This document shows positions 55,501 through 64,000 of a DNA stretch of 64,000 nt, piece by piece (position 1 is the stretch's first letter; every line of letters starts with the position of its first letter). The DNA comes from Macrostomum lignano (taxonomy: Eukaryota), in assembly GCA_002269645.1 (NCBI GenBank), contig NIVC01000343.1, positions 1-64,000 of the forward strand, read 5' to 3'. The position numbers were made by a program, and so were the translations under genes. The notes beneath the pieces were generated by a model. It saw nothing but the letters and a program-made list of their open reading frames with translations. It was not told the DNA's origin and did not search any database.

Positions 55501-57301
55501 TATGGTTGGGGAGTCAGCCAATGGCAGATTGTGTCTATGGTTGTGGAGTCAGCCAATGGCAGATTGTGTCTATGGTTGGGGAGTCAGCCAATGGCAGATT
55601 GTGTCTATGGTTGGGGAGTCAACCAATGGCAGATTGTGTCTATGGTTGTGGAGTCAGCCAATGGCATATTGTGTCTATGGCTGTGGAGTCAGCCAATGGC
55701 AGATTGTGTCTATGGTTATGGAGTCACACAATTGCAGATTGTGTCTATGGTTGGGGAGTCAGCCAATGGCAGATTGTGTCTATGGTTGTGGAGTCAGCCA
55801 ATGGCATATTGTGTCTATGGCTGTGGAGTCAGCCAATGGCAGATTGTGTCTATGGTTGTGGAGTCACACAATTGCAGATTGTGTCTATGGTTGGGGAGTC
55901 AGCCAATGGCAGATTGTGTCTATGGTTGGGGAGTCAGACCCCACACAGTTACCATGTTCATATATTTCTACTGCAAGTAGTATTGAACATTGACGCTAAA
56001 AAAGGATTAAATTATCAATCCAATTTGCGCAAATTTATTCAAGAGTATTCGCGCAAGCACGAGGACGGCATAGTAAGCGAGTCGCTGGTGTACTTTACCG
56101 AACGTCTGACCCACGGCGGCGACGCCAGACGGTCGGACCAGCCGCCTGAGCTCAAGCTGAGACGGGTTGTTGACTTGGTATGTACTGCAATTTGCCGCAC
56201 AAACATAACGTTAAAGTACAGGAGTTCACAACTAGATTTTTCACAAATTAGCCGCTTCGAAAACAAGACATTTCACAAACTAGACACTTCACAAACTAGC
56301 CACTTCACAAACGAGATATTTCACAAACTAGTCACTTCACAAACTAGACACTTCACAAACTAGACACTTCACAAACTAGACACTTCACAAACTAGACACT
56401 TCACAAACTAGACATTTCACAAACTGGACATTTCACAAACTAGTCACTTCACAAACTAGTCACTTCACAAACTAGTCACTTCACAAACTAGTCACTTCAC
56501 AAACTAGACACTTCACAAACTATTCACAAACTAGACATTTCACAAACTATTCACAAACTAGACATTTCACAAACAAGACACTTCACAAACTAGACACTTC
56601 ACAAACTAGACACTTCACAAACTAGACACTTCACAAACTAGTCACTTCACAAACTAGACACTTCACAAACTAGACACTTCACAAACTAGACACTTCACAA
56701 ACTAGACATTTCACAAACTGGACATTTCACAAACTAGTCACTTCACAAACTAGTCACTTCACAAACTAGTCACTTCACAAACTAGCCACTTCACAAACGA
56801 GATATTTCACAAACTAGTCACTTCACAAACTAGACACTTCACAAACTATTCACAAACTAGACATTTCACAAACTATTCACAAACTAGACATTTCACAAAC
56901 AAGACACTTCACAAACTAGACACTTCACAAACTAGACACTTCACAAACTAGTCACTTCACAAACTAGACACTTCACAAACTAGACACTTCACAAACTAGA
57001 CACTTCACAAACTAGACACTTCAGAAACTAGACACTTCACAAACTAGCCACTTCACAAACTCGAGTGTTAACTGACTCAATAAAAGTGAATAATTTCAAT
57101 GCAAACCGCTTCCAGTCGCCAATCACAGTGACAGACCAGACTCCAATGGAAGTTGTCCTGGAGATGTTTCGAAAGCTGGGCCTCAGACAGACTCTGGTGA
57201 CGCACAATGGCCGTCTATTGGGTATTATCACGCGAAAAGATGTGCTGCGGCATATTGAATATCTGCACAATATTGATCCGCACAATTTACTCTTTAACTG
57301 A
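47390..57301 (+). CDS. CLCN3: CLC-3/4/5-type endosomal 2Cl-/H+ exchanger with two CBS domains
   Basis: Exons 47390-47579 and 47967-48110 (less certain), 48847-49080, 49167-49315, 49756-50739, 53410-53995, 56044-56177, 57116-57301, with consistent phases. Motifs [64 protein letters not shown]. Invertebrate co-orthologue of CLCN3/4/5. Confidence 0.95.
48176..48715. repeat. 29-bp minisatellite (CTTCAGCTGTCTGCAGCCTCCTTCCGGAC)n in a CLC intron
   Basis: Directly visible. Confidence 0.96.
49340..49660. repeat. (TGTC)n microsatellite in a CLC intron
   Basis: Directly visible. Confidence 0.96.
50810..51290. repeat. Degenerate about 10-bp repeat (TTTAGGTCxx)n in a CLC intron
   Basis: Recurring GCTTTAGGTC/TTTAGGTC units. 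Confidence 0.8.
51810..53290. repeat. 32-bp purine-rich minisatellite (GACTAGAACTGAGACTAGATAGAGTAGAGAGT)n in a CLC intron
   Basis: Directly visible; a distinctive variant block recurs at about 52331 and 52992. Confidence 0.96.
54050..55940. repeat. 35-bp minisatellite (ATGGCAGATTGTGTCTATGGTTGTGGAGTCAGCCA)n in a CLC intron
   Basis: Directly visible, about 54 units; source of the 773-aa and 480-aa ORF-track entries. Confidence 0.98.
56270..57060. repeat. 16-bp minisatellite (CACTTCACAAACTAGA)n in the last CLC intron
   Basis: Directly visible. Confidence 0.97.
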
Positions 57302-58452
57302 TCAATATCGTCGCGCTTTTCTTCTTATTGAGTAAGTGCCCCTGCTTTCAATTGAAAATTTGCTTCTTATGTAATCTTTTGTGTTAGAGTTTTATTTTTT
57401 CTTGTTGTACTATTATACTACTGAATTGCTGTAACAAATGGCTTATATGGTAGTAGTATATAAGGAATATATTTTACCGTATAAATTTATTGTTGTTTTT
57501 TCTTGCGAACCGTATTATTCCAAGGAGTCGTTAACGCTATTTTGTCTTCTTGTATTGTGTCATTCGATGTTTGCTATTGTGGTGCAGTGCGCACGTTTCT
57601 TGGAAATGCATTACCGACATATGGCCGATTGATTTCTTATAAAATTGACATGAGTTTTTGTTCAATATAAGCTAGCTATAAGCATTGACAAGCTTTCAAA
57701 AAAATTCCAAGAAGCAAACTACTTGTATACGCGTAATTTTCTAAAATAATTTTATCCGTTTGTTTTTGTTTTTGGAAGTGGCCAAACTACTTAATACAAA
57801 ACATTCTGTAGTAATTGTAGTAGCTATATTGTATTAGTAATATTACTACTGCGCGCTAGGGACCAAAGATAAAGATATAGGCATAAAGATAGAGAATTAA
57901 TACGGTTGTAAACTATTTGCTGTGTAATGGCGTTTAACTTTGCGTTTTTGTCTGTGTTTTCTGCAAATACATGTTTTTGAGAGTTGGCCTACTTACATAA
58001 GTAGTATGTTGAAACAGTAAAATTAAGATATTTAGCATTTTACAAGCCAAATCTAAGAAAGTCTGTTCTTGATTAATTTCTAAGAAAACATGGTTTAATT
58101 CCCAATGTACTCAACTAGTGTGGAGCTTACTGATATGATAGATTATGCATTCTGATGATTCCATATTATATATTAATTTGTTTATGCGCTATTAGTGTGG
58201 AGTATTGATTTTTGTTAGCGATATTTTTTCGACTGGGAAAATAGACAGCTTTCAATACTCGAGTGTCCATTTTAACAATAACAATGTTGCTGTTCTGAAC
58301 TTTTAGCTTTCGCTTTTTAATTCTCTGCATTTGCTTCCTTTGTTATACTGGTGGGTTACGAGTTAAGCAGAGTTGGCCGCGGTTAGTATGAAGATACTAA
58401 ATAGACTCTAGCTTTAGTTTAACGCCATGCTGTGATTGTACAGAATGTACAG

Positions 58453-58458
58453 AATAAA
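58453..58458 (+). terminator. Candidate poly(A) signal of the CLC gene
   Basis: AATAAA about 1.15 kb after the CLC stop and 267 bp before the CABIN1 acceptor; usage not demonstrated. Confidence 0.45.
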
Positions 58459-58724
58459 AGTACAAGCTGCACCCGGTTTAAGAGGGGAGTGATTTGTTCG
58501 GCCATAAGACCTAAATGTCACAAAGCATAAAACTTCTTAAGACCTAAATTTCATAAGATCTTAATTTCATCAGACCTAAATTTCATAGCGCCTAAACTTC
58601 TCAAGACCTAATAGACCTAAATATTTTCGGCGATGCAAACTTTCGGGCTTGTGATGACTGCGCCCTGTTTAAGAGAGCCTAGTAGCGGTAGTAACTAAGG
58701 AACCTCCCTGTTGCACGCCTTCAG

Positions 58725-61700
58725 CTCCGAATAGCCGCTTTGAACGCGGCGCCGCCGCAGGCGCCCACAAGCTCGGCGTCATCGGCATCTGGAGCTGTGC
58801 AGGCCAAGCAGCACCATCAGCATAGCAACAAGCAGCAGCACAGGCACCAGTCAAACCATGCCTCATCGTCGGCTAATTCCTCCGCTATGGATGAATCTGC
58901 TGTCGCGTCGGGCACTCGCGAAACCGAGGAGGCGCTTGTGACGCGCAGTTTTCAGCGCGCGCTTGCGCGTCTAGCGCAAATTGGCGCCGGCTCCGGCAGC
59001 GACAGCGGCGGCCCCGCAGTTGAAGAGGCCATGCGCTCTCTCGAGGCCATCACTGCTAGCCGGATCTTCCTTGACGGTCCCGCGGCTGCTCACCTATCCG
59101 AGCACCTGCGCCAGATCCTCGCCAGCTGCCACCGTCAGCTCGGTCAGCATCACTGCTGGGCTAGGCGGTTCGACCTCGCCGTGCGCCATCTTTCAGCCGC
59201 TGTCGAGGCCGATCCGCGCGACATTGCGGCCGCCTTTCACCTGGCCTGGTCGGCCTACCTCAGCTGCGACCTGCGCTTGGCCGCCTCCGCATTGCGCGCC
59301 TGTTTGAAATTGAATCCCGACCATCTGCCGGCTCTGGATCTCAGCCTGTCTGTTGCTTATTGTATGGGCGAGCCAGAGACTTGGCTAGCCGCCTGCGGTC
59401 GGCTGCTGGACCGCCTGCCGAGCCACCGTCGGGCGGCCTTCTGCGTTGCCGAGTATCTGCGCTGCGCACCGTCAGCTTCAAACTGCCTGCCAGCGGGCTC
59501 GGCCCTGGCCAAGCTGGCTGCAGCGATTCAGTTGAAAACTGTAGATGAGAGCGAGTGGGAGGCTGATAGGAAAGAGTTGATGGCTGTGCGAGCGGAGCAT
59601 CAGGTGAATGTTTCATCTGTTTATTGGTTCGTCTGTAAGCGTCCAGCTACAGACTCATTAGGCTCCAGCTACAGACTCATTAAGCTAATGCTACAGACTC
59701 ATTAGGCTCCAGCTACAGACTCATTAGGCTCCAGCTACAGACTCATTAAGCTAATGCTACAGACTCATTAGGCTCCAGCTACAGACTCATTAAGCTATTG
59801 CTACAGACTCATTAGGCTCCAGCTACAGACTCATTAAGCTAATGCTACAGACTCATTAAGCTAATGCTACAGACTCATTAAGCTAATGCTACAGACTCAT
59901 TAAGCTAATGCTACAGGCTCATTAAGCTAATGCTACAGACTCATTAAGCTATTGCTACAGACTCATTAGGCTCCAGCTACAGACTCATTAAGCTAATGCT
60001 ACAGACTCATTAAGCTATTGCTACAGACTCATTAGGCTCCAGCTAGAGACTCATTAAGCTAATGCTACAGACTCATTAAGCAATGCTACAGACTCATTAA
60101 GCTAATGCTACAGACTCATTAAGCTAATGCTACAGACTCATTAAGCTAATGCTACAGACTCATTAAGCTATTGCTACAGACTCATTAGGCTCCAGCTACA
60201 GACTCATTAAGCTAATGCTACAGACTCATTAAGCTATTGCTACAGACTCATTAGGCTCCAGCTAGAGACTCATTAAGCTAATGCTACAGACTCATTAAGC
60301 AATGCTACAGACTCATTAAGCTAATGCTACAGACTCATTAAGCTAATGCTACAGACTCATTAAGCTAATGCTACAGACTCATTAAGCTAATGCTACAGAC
60401 TCATTAAGCTAATGCTGCCGATACTGCAGGCGCGAACAAATCCACAGTCTGCCGAAGCAGCTGCCGCGAAGCCGTCAGTGCCGGAACTCGTGCCAGTTAG
60501 CCCGACGGAAGCCTCCAATTGGACTGCAATGGCGGCTCTGCTCGAGCAACTGTGCGCGACTTCAACAGTTGACGATGCAGACAGCTGGGGCAGCTGCCGA
60601 GCCTACAGGCTGATCCGCCTGGTGCCCGCAGCGCTGGTTTCGGAGTCCGATGATCAGCTGCCTGCTGTCCAGGATGATGAAGCTTCTGAGCCTCCTCCGC
60701 CACCTCCGCTGGCTACTCCCGCATCGTCCGCTGAGCTGACCTCGATGGCAAAGTCTTCAACGGCCAGTCTGGGCCAGGCCTTCCCGGCTGAGCTGCTGTG
60801 CAGTCGCCGGTCCAACCGCTTGGCTGCCGCCTCCGCCAATTCCGCTTCCGCTTCCGCTAGCGGCGGCGGCGACTCGACCGCTGAGGACTCCGACGACGAT
60901 GACGACGAACTGGCAGCTGCCGCTGGCTCGTCTGACGCCGCCTCGGCTGCCGCGGCGGTTGCCGATCGACTTCGGCGACTGCTGGACGCCTCCGGCCGCT
61001 GCTGCTTGCCCAGCTGCGTTCGCCGACTGTCGGGCGTTTACTTTGCTAGACGCTACTGCGCCGGCCGCAGCGGCGGCAGCTCCGACGATGACAACGACAA
61101 TGACGGCGATTGTGAAGCTGATGCCGCCGCTTCCGCTGCATTGGCGGCTGTCCAGCTGTTGAGCCCGTTCCGGCTGGACGAGCTCCTTTCTCGACTGTCC
61201 GAGTCTGCCGAGCTGTACACCCCGCCGACGCCGCCGCCGTGTTCTGCGGCCTCCTCGCCGAACAGTTCGAACTCCGCTGGCCCGCTGAATTGCCCGCAGC
61301 TTTCCTCCGCCTAAGCGGGCCGCGCCTCGGCATTCTGGCCGACAATCCGAACGTGTCCGTCAGCGGGTTGCACTGCCTGCCAGCCGAGTCGCTCTGTCTG
61401 GTGGCCCTGGCTCACCTGGAGCTCCGATTGGACCGTCGCCGCGTCAAGGATGCCGCCAATTGGGTGAGCACTGATCTCAGCTGGCCAAATTTGGAGTCTC
61501 TGGCGCACTCGATCGCCTGCCTGCTGTTGCGCCTGGCGTCGCCGCCGGCTCGTCTGCTGCTGCGCCTGGCCTGGGCCCGGCTGCGGCTCTCCGCCGCGTG
61601 TCGGCGCGGACTGGACGATCAGGCGGCGTTCGGCTACCTGGCGGCCGGCCTGGACTCGCCGCTGGTCTCGCCCAACTCGCCCGACTGGCCAGTTGTCAAC

Positions 61701-64000
61701 TTGGCGGCTCTCCGTCGGCTGCGTCGGGCAGCCAAATCTGGTCGCGAGTTTGCGCTGGCCTCCGCTGCCGCTCGGTCGGGCAACTCGGCCGCCGTGGTGG
61801 CCGCTCTTCGACCGGCTTTGTACGCTCGCGAGCGCTGCAGCGATGCGGCTTCAACTGCTGAAATCAGTGCTGAACGGGCCAGGTGTGACATCTTAGTTAA
61901 TTAGCTATCTTATCCTGTCCCTGTAACACCTGAACAGTCTTGCCCGTAATAAAACCCTTTGAAAAATCCCTAAAATCCCTAAATATTAAGCTGTAACACC
62001 CCCAAAATCACTCCTGTATGCCCCCTCCCCCAAAATCATCCTTGTAACACCCCAAAATCATCTCTGTAACCCTCAAAATCATCTCTGTAACACCCCAAAA
62101 ATACTCTCTGTAACACCCGAAAAATCATCTCTGTAACCCCAAAACTATCCCTGTAACACCCCCAAAACTATGCCTGTAACACCTCTCAGAACTATCCCTG
62201 TAAACACCCCTCAAAGCCATCCCTGTAACACCCCTCAAAACCATCCCTGTAACACCCTCAAAGCCATCCCTGTAACACCCCTCAAAACCATCCCTGTAAC
62301 ACCCTCAAAGCCATCCCTGTAACACCCTCAAAGCCATCCCTGTAACACCCTCAAAGCCATCCCTGTAACACTCCTCAAAACCATCCCTGTAACACCCTCA
62401 AAGCCATCCCTGTAACACCCTCAAAGCCATCCCTGTAACACCCTCAAAGCCATCCCTGTAACACCCCTCAAAGCCATCCCTGTAACACCCCTCAAAACCA
62501 TCCCTGTAACACCCCTCAAAAGCATCCCTGTAACACCCCTCAAAGGTATCCCTGTAACACCCGATCCTTGGCAGGCAAATCTGCGAGATGTTCGTGAGCT
62601 CCTGTTACCGCCTCGGCGACCTCGCCCAGTGCTATTCGCACGGCGCCCGCCTGCTCCGGCTGCTGGCCGCAACCGACGAATCCCGCCCAGTTCGAGCATC
62701 AACCGTGGCATTCGCGTTTCGCAATCTGCTGGCCTGCCAGGAGCATCTGGGCGCCCGGCCAGCCGACTTGGCCGAGACTTGCGCTCAGCTGGCTGCGTGC
62801 GCCGATCTCATTGTCCGGTGCCTGCGCCATCGAGTGCCGCTCACAGATGCGGAAGCTTGGATTTACCTGCACCGGCACTTTGTGTTTTTGATTGAGGAAA
62901 CTGAGAAGCAGATAAATGACAAGTCCATGGATACTGTACATGTATCTGCCCATTGCGTTATTGAAGCTGTGGCCGAGGCTGTGGAAGTTGATTCTGATGC
63001 AGCTGCTGAGAAGCCCGTGTTGGAAGCTGGAACTGGTCAAGCAGCGGGAGCTGGAACTGGTCAAGCAGCGGAAGCTGGAACTGGTCAAGCATCGGAAGCT
63101 GGAACTGGTCAAGCATCGGAAGCTGGAACTGGTCAAGCAGCGGAAGCTGGAACTGGTCAAGCATCGGAAGCTGGAACTGTCAACACATCGGAAGCTGGAA
63201 CTGTCAACACATCGGAAGCTGGAACTGTCAACGCATCGGAAGCTGGAACTGTCAACGCATCGGAAGCTGGAACTGTCAACACATCGGAAGCTGGAACTGT
63301 CAACGCATCGGAAGCTGGAACTGTCAACGCATCAGACGCTGGATCCGGTCAAATGCAGGTCGCAGGCGAAGTTGATGAAGCTAGAATACGCGCGGAGCTG
63401 CGGCAGCGTCAGTCCAATCTGCTGGAATCTGCGGGCCGCCTGTTGATTCTGGCCCACCAGCTGATGCACGAGACGTCGGCGGCGGCGGCGGCGGCGGTGC
63501 CAAGTCAGCAGCCTGCCTGCAATGCCGGCTGTCAGCGAAGCGATGGCCGGCTACTGCACTACACCGTGGCTAGTCTGGTGCCGCTGCTGCTGCGCCAACA
63601 GCCGCCACCGGACCACCCGGCCTACCTGGCCGTTGACCAGGCCTTCCACTGCCTCTACGGCCTGGGCAGGCGGGGCCGCTACTCCCGCCGCGGCCGGATC
63701 CGGGATCATCGATGCGGCGGACCGCCGGTTAGCATCGACTGGGAGACCGGACGACACCTGATGCGCTACTATCTGCCGGACAAATTCCCCGAGTTCGATT
63801 CCACCAGGCTGGCCTCGCTGCCGGCCGATCTGGAGCGCTGCTTCGACTTGGCCGCCGCTGGCCTGCCCGACCGGCTGCGTGTTGACGCCAACGCTGTTAA
63901 CGACTTCCTATTCGGCGGAGTGGACACTTTGCCTGAGTATAATCGGCCGTTGACGCCGGATGAACGGTTGACTGCCGATATTCACTACCTGCTGGCCGAC
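58725..64000 (+). CDS. CABIN1: Calcineurin-binding protein 1 (CABIN1, TPR-containing HIRA-complex subunit), 5' part; runs off the window
   Basis: Exons 58725-59603, 60430-61882 (one frameshift near 61220) and 62575 to the window end. Motifs LRIAALNA, TRETEEA, CLKLNPDHLPALD, LRWPAEL, AFHCLYG, LPDKFPEFDS, DIHYLLAD, matching the CABIN1 motifs I recall (RIAALNA, NPDHWPCLD, CFYCLY, LPEFDS, LYYLLAD). Confidence 0.88.
59640..60415. repeat. 22-bp minisatellite (CTACAGACTCATTAAGCTAATG)n filling a CABIN1 intron
   Basis: Directly visible; variant CTACAGACTCATTAGGCTCCAG interspersed. Confidence 0.97.
61920..62560. repeat. 23/24-bp minisatellite (AAGCCATCCCTGTAACACCCTCA)n in a CABIN1 intron
   Basis: Directly visible; degenerate at the 5' end, homogeneous at the 3' end. 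Confidence 0.95.
63023..63340 (+). repeat. 24-bp coding minisatellite in a CABIN1 exon (EAGTGQAS / EAGTVNTS repeats)
   Basis: About 13 in-frame units inside the open CABIN1 frame. Confidence 0.9.

Noticed and set aside
53909-56363. 773-aa and 480-aa Cys/Trp-rich repeat ORFs
   Set aside because: The 35-bp unit cycles through all frames without stops; it lies inside a CLC intron with good splice sites. Only 56044-56177 is real exon.
62916-63446. 176-aa KLELVKHR repeat ORF resembling a coiled coil
   Set aside because: Off-frame reading of the CABIN1 exon; the true frame runs open to the window end and is absent from the ORF track.

Overview
Repeat-rich metazoan genomic DNA with spliceosomal introns. 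The GC/Ala-rich exons and minisatellite-filled introns resemble a Macrostomum-type flatworm, but this is inference only. Left part (minus strand): two diverged tandem paralogues of a signal-peptide protein built from three cysteine-rich, perforin-like C2 domains, with no MACPF in the visible exons and all-phase-1 introns. Middle part (about 14-36 kb): a transposon graveyard with Penelope-like relics, a MULE nested in the TIR of a related MITE, a decayed THAP/P-type transposase, a stretch of about 2.2 kb with no CpG, and a full-length near-intact Loa-like LINE (APE-RT-RNase H) with a 15-bp TSD. Right part (plus strand): three co-oriented conserved genes, PCGF3/5-like, CLC-3/4/5-like and CABIN1-like (the last runs off the window). 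Their spacing suggests an operon, and the conserved CABIN1 N-terminus (LRIAALNA) starts directly at a splice acceptor with no genomic ATG, suggesting the initiator AUG may come from a trans-spliced leader. All gene models were spliced by hand from GT/AG sites and reading-frame continuity; family assignments rest on remembered motifs, not database searches.
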